Shown here one piece after another: positions 12,402 through 24,010 of a stretch of DNA of 64,000 nucleotides; positions within the stretch are counted from its first letter, which is position 1, and the number at the start of each line of letters is the position of its first letter. This DNA comes from Takakia lepidozioides. Its lineage: Eukaryota; Plantae; Bryophyta. A program made the translations under genes and the position numbers. The stretch is taken from NCBI GenBank assembly GCA_030704615.1, contig CM060731.1, forward strand, positions 16,802,001-16,866,000. Direction: 5' to 3'. The notes beneath the pieces were generated by a model, which was not told the DNA's origin, made no database searches, and was given only the letters and a program-made list of their open reading frames with translations.

Positions 12402-13160
12402 CTAAGATAAACCTGTCATTTGCAAATCCCATAGCAAGAGGCATTTGACCTTTGGGTCATTATACGGTCGACATCCTATGGGCTTTTCCACGTTGAATAT
12501 ATCAGCGTCTTTTCCGGATAACCGCAACTCTTCTAGGTGCGGTTTGAGTTCATCCAGAAGAAACATTGTCATTGTATAGGTCGACGAGCGCTTTATATTT
12601 TGGAGGAAGATACCGATCGACTTTGGGTTCAAGTAGGACTTATACATATTTTCTACAGTGTCGATGAGAAGTGTGTTTGATCTGTACGCTACAGTGTCGT
12701 CTACAGTGATAATGTTGTAAAGACGTTTAAGATAAATTGGCACTTTCGGATATTTGGGCCATTCGCCACTGAAAGTTTGTCTATGCTTCACGCAGTCCTC
12801 ATTGCTGAATTCCCTGACCTTGGAAAACCTTCTTCCAAACAAAGCCAGCCCTATATCCAGGACATTTTCTAACGGTCCAGTGTTCCAAAAGTAGACCTTA
12901 AAATGCTTAAGGACCCATTTCAGGAAGTCGTCCAAACCATTTCGGACTGCAAGCTTGAATTATCCAACGCATACACAAGGTTGGGTTATAGGAGGGGATC
13001 TCGAGCCATCTCGGAGGTAAACCTCACCAAGGTAACCGACATCATGAACTAGGACGTAGTATCCTGGTCGACATCCATTCAGTCCCTCAGAGAGGCGATA
13101 CCAATCCTGTGGGTTCACAAATTGGTGATAGTCGATTGGAGGGTGAATCATATCATTCTG
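12402..13160 (-). pseudogene. FCP1/SCP-like HAD phosphatase domain 1, degenerate catalytic motif
   Basis: YVLVHDVGYL (degenerate motif I)...VRNGLDDFLKWVLKHFKVYFWN...NEDC...IYLKRL...SNTLLID...KSYLNP; one stop at 12960. Confidence 0.8.
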
Positions 13161-13683
13161 TGGAATAACAGAACAATTAATTCATTTTGAAAACTAGAAA
13201 AAAGACAGAGAAGAACATTTTCTAAGATGGTTATGAAGTGTATATCTGCTTCGAGGAGGGATTCCGAATTTGCTGCTGTGGCTGATTGATCTCTTTTCCT
13301 TCGCGCTGAGCAACGACCATCTCCGACTCATTTCCTCCATCTCGCAACGTCGACTGGGCAGTGGAGGTTGCTTGTATGACCGGATCAGGTGGGCTTACCC
13401 TGATTGTTAAGTCCACGTGCCTCCTCACTATTTGAGTCGCAATGGATTCTGCCCAAGTTTGTGTGATTTCCTCCAATTTCCGTTCATGGATCTATATGAG
13501 TTTTCGTAACCGTCAGTCACATGAAGAGTTTAAGGAGGTGGGAATATGACGCCAAACAAAAATCAAAATACAGATAAGCTATTGACAAAAACACAACCAG
13601 AACACAACCAGATGCAATACACACAATTTGTTCAATTTAAAATACTTAAAGACACCACAAATCTACAGGTGTCATTTGTTACC

Positions 13684-14748
13684 TAGAAGAAGAAGACTCC
13701 GGCCTAAACCGGCGTAACTAAGAGCCACTTTGCCTTGCGGCTACTGCCCCTTTTCAAGAGTGGGCCCTATGTGAGAACCGGTGTCCAGAGGACATCACAT
13801 GACAAGCAAAGGGAGTAGTACCTGTGGCGCAAGGGGTACTAGGTGGTACCCGTGGGGCCCATGGGGTACCCCATGGATACCGATGGGTACCCAAAGGCGC
13901 CCCGGGCACCTATGGGAGGGAAGGAGGGCTGGATTCGAGCTGGCGTTTGTTGGTGATGATAGCAGTGAGAGATCGAAGTGCGGTGAGGTGTATGGCTTTG
14001 AAGCATTTGTGGATGGAAATGATAGGGATTTGGAAATTGTTCTGAAGGGCAGAGATGCTATCATTATGGATGCCCCCTCTGGTGCCAGCAGTGATGATAT
14101 TAAGTGGGCCCGTGGCCCATCCCCGCCATTGGATAGCAAGGATGAGTGGTGCATATTTTTGGTGTTTTTCGAGGATGGAGGAGCTGGGGAAGCGGTCATG
14201 GTAGAATGTAAATTCTATGAAATGTATGGTGATGGTTGGGGATGGTACAGATGGTGGGGTAGTGTTAATGGGGAGGCCCTGGACTAGGAGGATGTCCGGG
14301 CATAGTCTCGCGGGACATGTGCATGACGTGTGAGGTTGGCATCTACAATGAAGTAGCCATGGAGGTACTTATGGTCCGAAGGCCGGCCTTGGTAGGTGCC
14401 AGCATTGATGAGTGTAAACCATCTAGTTTCATTGCGTCGTAATAAGAGTTTATGGATATGCCATACGGCATGGTTATGTCTAGCAATACGAAGTCCGTGA
14501 ATGACGGGGTGGGGACATTCGCTAAGAAGATGGGGCCAGGTATCGCGTGTGGCGTGGATGTGGGAGCAGAGTGGGCAGTGCGGGGATGGGAATAGGGTAG
14601 GCCAGAAGGTGTGTTTGCGTTGATGGCCTATGTACTGGGCGTATCTGAATTTAAGTGTTTGTCGTATTTGTGCGTAAGATGCAACTTTAGTATTCCAGAA
14701 GTGGTTTGATAATTTATGGTGAAGGACAGTGGTTTGATAATTGTCGTC
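13684..14748 (-). mobile_element. 5'-truncated non-LTR retrotransposon 3' end with CCHC finger and restriction-like endonuclease (Dualen/RandI-like)
   Basis: CPLC...DTWPHLLSEC...ARHNHAV, then after a frameshift RLCPDILLVQG...IHFIEFTFYHD...EKHQKY; (TTC)n tail at 13685-13696; GTTACC at both ends (13678-13683 and 14749-14754). Confidence 0.8.
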
Positions 14749-14754
14749 GTTACC

Positions 14755-17700
14755 CTCGATGCCCTCGTCCTCCTCCCTGTGTTCGGAATGTCCTCCTTCT
14801 TCTTCCAAATCTTCATCTTCCACTTCCTCATCATCATCATCGTCTCCGCCGTCAACCTCTTCAACAACATTGTCATTCTCAATTTGAAGCTTCTTAAAAT
14901 TTGCTTCAACTTTTTCTTTGCAAATTTTTTTTTTGGTTGAGTGGTTGATTTCAAGCACTCGAATGTTTCTTGCCTGCAGATAAACCTTGTCAGTAAAACA
15001 GAGGACGCGTTCAATCAAAAATGTAAAAAATATATTTAAAATGCAAACAAGTTTTACACTTACATGAAGGGCGTACGTCAACATCACGCCTTTGAAGATG
15101 TTGACAGCGGACATCCCGTCTCCACAAAACAGGGAGGCCAAATAGTCGTAGGTGTCACCTCGTAGCTCATGATTATAAGTCCTGCACTCTTCTTCAAAAG
15201 CTGATGGCTTCCCTAAAGGCCTTTCAAGAATTGACTGAATTAAGAGCACTGTCGCGATGTGCTCGTCCGGATTCTGCATCTCCTCAGGTGTCGCTGGAAA
15301 AACATAGTCCAGGCACAGGACAGTCCGAGAGAAAGTCTTCGTGCTGTTTTTATAAACATTTTCATACTCCCCCGGAACATAAAATCCCTGTCGGACAAGA
15401 TACAATGTTCTTCCGGGACCATTTTGGATGTAGGAGACTAGATTGGCCGAGGACGGTTGAGTCGAGAAGAAAAAAAAAGCACTCGTGTTCATTTTCCGAG
15501 CCACAAAAGCTTCCAGTATGTTCACATAGTCCTTGGCCTCAAATACCACAGAGTCATCTTCAGAAATTGTATTGACGAACACCATCGCTATGTTGTCAAA
15601 CCGTTTCTTCGGTGCGAGTCGCAGACGGGACTTGGCATCGGCGAATTTTGGTTCCCCGCCCCCCCCCTGAGAGGATAGTGAGACTTGAAACTCGCTGAAA
15701 TAATCGCCATGGCATCCTCTCTATCCTCATAAGCTGCTTTCTTGATGGAGGAGACGTACTTAACAAAAGCGGTCGTGAGTGGTTTTGTCTCCATGTTCAT
15801 CTTAATCTTGTTTTGGATGTAATCCGTCCCCAGTTTGTCTTTAAATGTTGAGAAATCTGCCTTATTGAAGTGGTACTTTTTCTTCACTTCATGCCACTCG
15901 TCCTTAGTGTATGGTTCCGTGCACTATTTGCTCCTTTGAGGCCACCCCAACACTTCCATAACATCGTCGACAATAATCCGACGCATTTTCATGTCGTCTA
16001 TGTACATGTTCATGCCTTGAATTGATTTGTCTTGTCCTTTATAATCTTGAATGGTCAATTTCAAGTCCAAGATTTTTTGCGCAACTTTTATCAGCTGCCA
16101 TCTGTTCAACCCTTGTAGCTTTGCGATAGAAGATTTCGTGAGTTGTTGCTGTTCACCCTTGTACTGTATCCCAAGCGGGTCGAGAAGCTTTCCCTGCTCC
16201 CAGCGTTTGAACACATCTTCCCAGATCTTCCAAATGTCGTCGTCGCAAAGTACTAGGACCATTGTCTCCTTAATGCTGTGTATCAAATGACAGACAAACA
16301 TGAACTCCTGCACATTCATCCATGGAAAAATTAGGTGTCACTCCGACAACAGAAGTATTCTTTAGCATAAAATGAATGTGAATAGTAGATTTTCATTCCA
16401 TAAATGCATACCTTCCATTGTTTCGTCTCGGACTTGGTGGTGTGATCGTTGTATTTCTTTGGCTTCCCCCTCAGGTTCAATAACATTCACGCATGCGCAA
16501 CTTTCTCCGGCATTGTTGTATCAAATTTTTGCGCCTTATTGGGATCGTTGAGGAGCTTTGACAACTTCAGGAGCCTTTGTTCATTGGTAGACCATACAAT
16601 CTTCGCAGGCCACTCCCGGTAGTATTCCTTAACTTTGTTGTCGGCAAGATCCTCGAGAAGTTCCTACTACAGTTAAGGTAAAATGGGTGAGAGAGTTGAA
16701 AGGGTAGGGACATATCCAATTTCGTGGGAACACCAACCTCCACTGCCTAGTGGAGGTTCGTTAAAAAAGAGCGTTGGGTGGAATTGAAGTTTATTACCTT
16801 TGCAGCCACGATGGTGTGTTGTCCACCAATGACGAAGAACCTGGATACGTCCATTTCTTTCCATTGCTTCGGTCACAATGAAGCAATCTTCTCGGGATTG
16901 GAAGGGTTGATTGGCGCAAGATACACCGGATGTTTGGAGTCGAACAAATGAAGCTGGAAGAGTTGCGCTTTCACTTCATCCTTATGCTTGATATTTAACA
17001 GCCTGTAAACCATGCTCCTTGGAGCTAGTTCCATCATGGAAACCTTCTCAAGGAAGGTACTCTCGAATCCAAACGGAAATACGTCGTTGTATTCCTTCGT
17101 GAGCCTCTCCTCCATCTTCTCGCACTTTTCCTTGTTGAAAATCTCCCCAGCTTTAGGTCTCTTGTTATCTGTCATCAATGTTGGATCCTGATCCTCCTTC
17201 TGTTTCTTTTTTCCTGCAGAAGTCCCGGCCTCATTGTCATCATTGTCGGCTGTCGACGACTTGCGTTTTCCCTTCTTCGGCTTTGATGCTTCCTCTAGTG
17301 CTCGCTTCTTGCGAATGTCGTTCCCCATTGCGTGCAGAAGATCCAGAAAAATACTCCAGGCCCTCGACAAACCTACGTCGGTAAACACTGAGCCCTCGTC
17401 AGGAAATCTAAAACCCAGTCCAATGCATTCACTCATCAACGACTTGTTCAGACGACCCACCTCCACTTTGAAACCAAACGCCCTGGGGGTCCTCGCATCC
17501 TTATACATGAACAAAACCAACATCGGGTTTTCCTCTTCAGATTCAAGCTCTATATTGAGAGTTTCTGTGTATTTTAAGTCTGTTATTACTCCAAGACTTC
17601 TGTAATGAAAAGACAGCTTGTGATCAGGAGGTGTACCCACAAGGACGATGCCCCAATCTGTCACCTCTGGGGACAACTCAAAAATTGCGGTATGGTCAGT

Positions 17701-17805
17701 TTTGAAATTTGAGGACTTCCGGCATATGAATGCGCTACAAATATCTCCAATCAATCTCGGGACGCAATCTGGTGGTGTAGGATGTCTTTTGTTACAACCA
17801 AACAC
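14755..17805 (-). pseudogene. Spliced gene: N-terminal domain, basic/acidic linker, ParB/Srx-like domain, helical region, inactive beta-class N4C/N6A MTase-like fold, acidic tail
   Basis: ParB-like PVYLAP...FFVIGGQHTIVAAK|ELL...EWPAKIVW...LLKLSKLLN. MTase-like FDNIAMVFVNT (motif IV degenerate) and YDYLASLFCGDGMSAVNIFKG...ALH|ARNIRVLEIN...ICKEKV. GT-AG introns at about 16666-16798, 16308-16411 and 14974-15063. Stops at 16873 and 15924; frameshift in the C-run near 15660. Confidence 0.6.
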
Positions 17806-18109
17806 AAATTCATTAAATAATAAAATAACAAGATCTCTCTACTAGCATCCATCATTCCATATATAAGAACCTCCACTGGATAGTGGAGGTTCATATGTAC
17901 GAGGCTTTCTACATGAAAGCAGAAATCTTCCATATTATACAGATGTTGTAGAAAGAAACTTTAATGAAAATGAGGCTCATGAGCCATTGAATATATCACC
18001 CTGAAATAGGACAAATCTTCAAATGAAATCTCTAAACCTAATTCCTCCAAAAAATACTTAGGGACTTCTCGCACTATATTCAGACGAGTCTATATTATGT
18101 ACCCAAGAA

Positions 18110-18765
18110 CTACAAAATGCTCCTTCTGATCTCCCTGAGTGTATCAGGCGAATAGTCTGGAGGGGTATATTTCGGGGATCCGGTGATACTATCAGGAGAC
18201 GCAGGGGAGTATCCTGGAGATCCGGAGACGTCCTCGAGTCCTAGGACTCCCTGTCTCGTTGCAGTGTCCAGGGAAAAGTTTGGAGGGTAATATCTTGCAG
18301 ATCCTGTTGTGGATTCAGGAGATACTAGCAAGTAACCCGGAGATGCGGGAAATCCAAAAACGGTCTCTCGTATTGCCGCCAATGTGTCCGGGGAATAGTC
18401 TGGAGGGGTGTATGTCGGATAATCTTGGGAGTAGGCAGGAGATCCGTTGACATCATTGTTTTCATGAACGCTATCTCTTATTTCCGCCAGGGTATCCATG
18501 GAGATGTCTTGAGATCTATTGTTGGGAGATTCGGCTGCGTTCCGCGGGGATTCTACAGTCACATTTTCGTCATTCCCAGACACTTTGTTCGGCTCGGTAG
18601 ACCCCCAACTGGATTTTTCATCTGGTTCTGAAACACCATGTTCTTGATCTGGATGGTCCGTTTCCATCACGTCTACCACACACCGTCTCTTGCTCCAATT
18701 TAAGCTAACGGTCTTGTACTCATCGTCAGACACCGGTTCCCCACCCTCGCTCCTCTTTTTCACAC
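18110..18765 (-). CDS. Disordered S/P/Y-rich ORF with three imperfect ~40-aa repeats containing Pol II CTD-like heptads
   Basis: GSPAYSQDYPTYTPPDYSPDT, ASPGYLLVSPES..YYPPNFSLDT, GSPGYSPASPDSITGSPKYTPPDYSPDT. Acceptor ttttttctgtcag at 18766; candidate upstream donor near 19776. Confidence 0.55.
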
Positions 18766-19899
18766 TGACAGAAAAAATAATCAGAGTGTGTAAGTGGCTG
18801 CCCGAAAGAAATATTAAACCTCCACTGGGTAGTGGAGGTTCTCAATTATCGTATTCTTGTCTCGTTGGAAAATATGTGTCACACTTACAATGTTGCACAT
18901 ATGATTCGAACACTCGTTCCCACATCGTCTCATACTGATTTTTATTTTTTTTCCAGAATTATCCGATTTCGTCCTTACTTTAAGAAATGTCTTTCAGCTT
19001 CCCCATACAGAATTCACGCAAACCTCCACTGGGCAGTGGAGGTTCCAGTTTTTTGTTACTCATGTGCATGACATGGGTCTACGAATAATCTACTCTGGCC
19101 TACACGAAGCCTACTGTTAGCCTATGTCTATTGTAAAATACAAGTACACTAGGCTATCGTGGTTTTTCAAAATTGCCAAATTCGACAAAATTGGATAAGA
19201 AATGAAAATTTCCATTCAGAATTGAATTTGAATGGGAAGAAATGCATCAACTATCGATTGACAAGAACAAACTAACGCTGGATTTGGGGATCAAGAAAAC
19301 GGTTGAGAAATAAACATCCAGACATTTCCGAAACCACTGTCCTCAAAAAACCACCACAATGAACAAAACAAGCAATACAACCAGCACGGTAATCTCCCAA
19401 CCAGAACAAGCACACACAAACCCTATTGCACACAAAACCACCCTACAAACCATCGGTGAATTGAAAAACAACAGTGAAGCAATGAAGCCGGAGTGCACTA
19501 AAGTACATAATGGAGCTGGAATGAAATGAATTGACAGAGAATGAAGCAAGAATGAAGCAAACAACAAAGCAGACAATGAAACAGAAACCTAATGTGCACT
19601 AAAGCACAGACTGAAGCACTGAAGCAGAGATGAGAGTGCACTGAAGACAGTGCAGTGCAGCATAGAATGAAGCAGGATCCAAACAGATTGAATCGAGAAC
19701 AGGCCACATGAATCAAGAGCGGGCCAACACAAAACATGAAACAAAAGACGAAAAGAAGGAGTTTTCAATGTTGTACCTGCTTGTGCCGGCCATTTTGATG
19801 CCCCTGCAACCACAGTCCTTCGTTTGATACTCTCTTCCGCACCTCCGCCTGCCGGTAATTGCACTATGCTCTTGCCTCTGCACTCGTCAATCTCCACTC

Positions 19900-20300
19900 G
19901 CCACTGTCCTATCACTCCTCCCCGCTATTCAAATTTTGCCTATTTCACTCTCTCACCTTTCACCCTCTCATCTCTCTGCACTCGGCCAAATCTGCTATCT
20001 TTCTCTCCACGCTCCAGTGTCCAGTCGTTGCAAAACGTGTTCCAAAACTCTTCTCTTTCACGCTGTCCTCTCTCAACTGTCAAGCTCTCACTCGCGCAAC
20101 GCTTACGCGTAGAAAATGGGAAGCCCAAAGGCCGGGCTCAAAGAGTGCACCCCTTATAAGCGACCTTCAAGGATGATATGAACCATTGCCTCCGTCCAAA
20201 ATCGAACGGTCGCGCGGCCCAAATGGATGTTCTGCCCCATCCACGCAAACTAACATTAATACTGTCCATCCACATAGATGAAATTAGTTCAACTTTTGTT
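19900..20300. promoter_or_regulatory. Putative promoter/5'UTR of the minus-strand cassette, possibly bidirectional
   Basis: GA-rich leader on the minus strand, GCCCA site-II-like motifs, AACGG motif and a CpG-retaining patch upstream of a donor near 19776. Confidence 0.35.
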
Positions 20301-20460
20301 CCAAATAGACAGACAAATGCACACACGTTTGGACAGACGAATGAAAAAATGACGAAATGACTGTAATGACGCCATTGGTCAGACTCTGCAACCCTCACGT
20401 TTGTCAAGTTATTTTACCACTAGAGTGAAGTTAGTTAGGAAATAGCTAGCTTTTATATAT

Positions 20461-23078
20461 TGATATTTAGGATTGACCCAAGTGTCAATCCAGGGATCAA
20501 TACATGTTTGGGCACCTGGTGTTGTTATCTTCACGGCAGATTGCGGTGGGCTCATCTTTCTCGAGTTGAGCCTCACCGCGTCTAGCTATGGCGCTGTAGT
20601 GTGGATTCCCCATGGCGTGGGGTGCACTTGGCTCGACTAAATATGAGTGATGTTTTCATGTGCATGTTTTGAGTTTGAGAGAGCTTGTGTGCTTGTATCA
20701 TTCATTTATTTATCACTCAAGAAAAATCAGCTCGAGTATGTGAGTGTCAGGTTCGAGTTAGTTGTAGCACTTGTGTTTTCAAATCATGAGAAGCTGTTCA
20801 GCCTAGAGTGCAGGGATCCGTGCATGAACCTATCCAAAGCGGATAGAGTACGAAGGCGAACAGGTTGCAGGTTTGTAATGGATAGAGAGGCGGGTAGCCT
20901 ATGTTGAAGAGCAGTGTTACATAGCTCAACGCTATGGCAACCAAGTTTGGGCTTCTAGTGTGAAGCAGAGGAGATGTTGGCCACAAGTGGGCGAACTGTG
21001 GTCGTCTTCTTCAGCTGCAGGCCGAGTTGAGGAGCTGCAGAAATGTGGGCTGCGCATGGGAAGCTAGCATGTTGCAGGTTAGAAATGATATGATCAGCTC
21101 TAGGTATTTCTCCCCGAAACTACTTGTTGCAGGTAGATGAGGAACAACTAAATGGTGGAGCTGTGAGGGGATGCATCGCAGCCCATTGGGAGCTTCAACT
21201 CCAAGCTCATGAAGAGGTATGAGTGAAGAGAGAGTGTGCAAATCAGTGCACTTGTGAAGCATATGTTGAGTTGGAGTTTCAATCTAAAACTCAGCAGTGT
21301 AAGGGCTCTTGGAGTGGCAAGAGTGGGGCTGGAAGGGCAGCAGCGAGGCGTCCTAGAGCAAGGGGATATGCATGAGAAGTGCATGTGCACCAAGTTTGTA
21401 AAAGTGTGTATTTTTAGATTCGTTTTTGTGAGCTTCATGAAGAAATGGAGCTTGTTGGGCAACATATTGCTTGCTTGTTGAGTTTAGGGTGCATCTGGTG
21501 GGTCGTGAGAGCCTAAGAGAGCATGGCAGCAGGTCTGGTGGCTTCGTAGAAGCCATAGCTCGGCGGCAGCATGTGCAGGAGCAAACCCCAGCTCGGGGAG
21601 AGTTCGGGAACGCCTCGGGAACGCATGGGAACTCGTTGGGAGTTCTAGGGAACGCATGGAACAGGTGGCCGTGATGGGCCGTTGGGGCGGTATCACAAGA
21701 TACCACGAGCCCAGGCCGTGACTGTTGACCGTGACCGTTGACCGTGACCGCAGGAAGTAGTGGTGCGGACACAACGGGTTGGCACGGTGACTAGATCGTG
21801 GGGATGGCGGGCCGTGAAGGCTTATGGGCGTGGTACCACGGGATATCACGGGGCAGCCCGTGGCCAACGAGCGCCTAGGGCGGGCCGTGAGGAGTCGTGG
21901 CGGTTGGAGCCACGGAAGGCCGCGAACAGTCAGAGTGAAAAAAACAAAAAAATAAAAATAAAATAAAAAATCTTTTTTCACTCGTTTCGTGGGACCTTGA
22001 TGGGGAGGCTGGGCTCTGAAGAACAACGGTTTTGAGCTAGCTGATCCGGCAGGAAAGTCGGAATTGTCTCCCTGTTGCATTTTAACAAAGGGGATTACTC
22101 CCCTGCAGGTAATCTTTTTGGGTTTTCAGCCCAATTCTTAACTAAGGGGGAGACTAGCCTGCAAGTAATTCCCTTAGACAGAATGTTGTTGGGGCCTATA
22201 TGTACCTCTATTTGCTCCATTTTTGAACCTTCAGTGAATGGCGTGGTTTCCTGAGGTTGTTCCACTCTCATGGTCATGCAAGTGAGATAAGAGAGGGAAA
22301 AAGAGGGTGTTGGGATGAGAGCGTGCTAGGGATAGGCATTGCTTTAGCTTCCCTTCCTTCTAGCTTTCCACCTTCTCTGTAGGCCGAGACCTTTTCCGTA
22401 GGTGGAGGCAAGAGTCAGTCCGGGTTTGGGTTGGGGTGTCATTGTAGGAGCGACACTGTGGAGTTATTTTTGGTGTGGGGGAGTTGTTGTTTTCATTCTT
22501 GTATTTGGATCCCCTCCACACCTGCATGCTTGATTGTGCGCCATGCTAGTTTTGTGTAGGCGCTTGATTTTATAGGTGGTTGACTCGGGCTTGATCGCCT
22601 ATCCAACCCTAGAGCATGCTGTCGATGGTGAGGCTGGGTTGATGACCAGTCAGACCATCTTTGTTTCTCCTGTGGTGAGGTTGGAGGTAATGACCAGCCA
22701 ACCATGGGAGCGCCTGCGGTGGATGCAGGTGCAGGCTAAGTTAGGAACCTAGTATTCCAAACCATAAGCCGCATCAGGTTCCTACCCAGTTACCTTGTGG
22801 AAAGGGGGTTAGGGAGTTCATGACCGGTTGAGTGTCAGTTTGTCAACACGGAGGTGCCACTAGTTGATGGGGAAAGTGTCGGTACGAGCACTAGCGATAC
22901 TAGCGAGTATACGAGACGAGGTATGCGGTTTAGGCCACCTTCACCTCCTGTGTCTTCTACGGAAGGTTCTGATTCGGATTGTGAATCAGGAGGACTCACA
23001 CCGGCGGTGCAAGTTGTTTCCTTGCCATTGTTGTGGGACACAATGGAGGAGATGTATGGAGCCACCAAGGGGCCATGA
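20461..23078 (+). mobile_element. Ty3/gypsy-like LTR retrotransposon remnant (LTR-like region, leader, gag start)
   Basis: 20480-21000 is homologous to 54720-55250; 22400-23078 is homologous to 58240-58910 (TRRG(M/V)RFRPPSPP...LPLLWD.M.EMYGATKGP); truncated. Confidence 0.7.
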
Positions 23079-23089
23079 AGGTATTCCGA

Positions 23090-23793
23090 AAAATAGTTAT
23101 TCATAAAAATGGTATTAAGAAATACAAAGATTTTTGGATCAAATGAATGTTGCTTGACGATCATTACCGGGGTGTAATGGAACAATACGACCAATACTGG
23201 GGAAATATTCTCGCCGAACTTGATAAGCCAATGTAGGACATTCGGGATCGTATTCAGCTTCTTAAGGGAATTCAAATTGGTCCTCAAATTGGTCCTCAAA
23301 CCATCGGAGGGATGGCATCCAGCCACAGATACTGGAAGATATGGAATATGAGGATGAAGTTCCAGAACCTTACTGTGGCCCTAGGTGCAAGCGTCCAAGG
23401 ATACCCTTGAATACGTTCGAGGATATTGAGAAATGGTTTTTTGTACTCGTTCGCCCTCATGACCCAACGACGTTCCCGGTCTAGATGGGAATAGCAATTT
23501 CAGATGTCATCCGAGAAAGGGAAGATCCTAATTTTAAGAAAGTGAAGGTGGAGTGGTGGAGACCGAAGAAAGGAGGTAACCCCTCAGACTTTGAGAGGTA
23601 CAAGGACTGTTGGTCAAAAGATTGGGAGTACAACCCGTCAGATTTCGCTCAATGGATCCACGTGAACAATGTCATGTGGACAATGCCGCCAGGAAAAAAT
23701 ACGACAAAAAATAGCACCAAGAGAATTACAGCGGTGGAAGCAGTGAAGGCGCGCGCGAATTTGGAGGAGGTTAACCTTCAGCCAGATACCTGA
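23090..23793 (+). pseudogene. C-terminal part of a Trp-rich hypothetical, possibly transposase-associated, protein with a beta-barrel-like domain
   Basis: GIKKYKDFWIK*...YDQYWGNILAELDKP...FVLVRPHDPTTFPV*MGIA...VKVEWWRP...YKDCWSKDWEYNP; the 5' part is replaced by the LTR remnant. Confidence 0.4.
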
Positions 23794-23966
23794 AGGTTGC
23801 CTTCTTGCGAACCACTTTCCGTCCATGGACTAAATGTTGAGGTCATTTCCGGTCTTTTGTTTTAAGATAAAAAAATTTCTTTACGTTTTTTCCCTTCGTG
23901 TTTGCGTTGGGGGATCATTCTTGTTTTTTTCTTTCTGTCGCACTGAACCTCGAGTGAGCAGTGGAC

Positions 23967-24010
<44 letters not shown>

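Larger units (their letters stand above)
7487..19044. repeat. Dispersed 24-bp palindrome AACCTCCACT-N4-AGTGGAGGTT, six copies
   Basis: Copies at 7487-7510 (1 mismatch), 13346-13369 (2 mismatches), 16735-16758, 17868-17891, 18817-18840 and 19021-19044. Confidence 0.9.

Noticed and set aside
14284-15585. 433-aa ORF as one real protein
   Set aside because: It is a chimera of the pseudo-MTase exon, an in-frame 90-nt intron and an inserted retrotransposon fragment.
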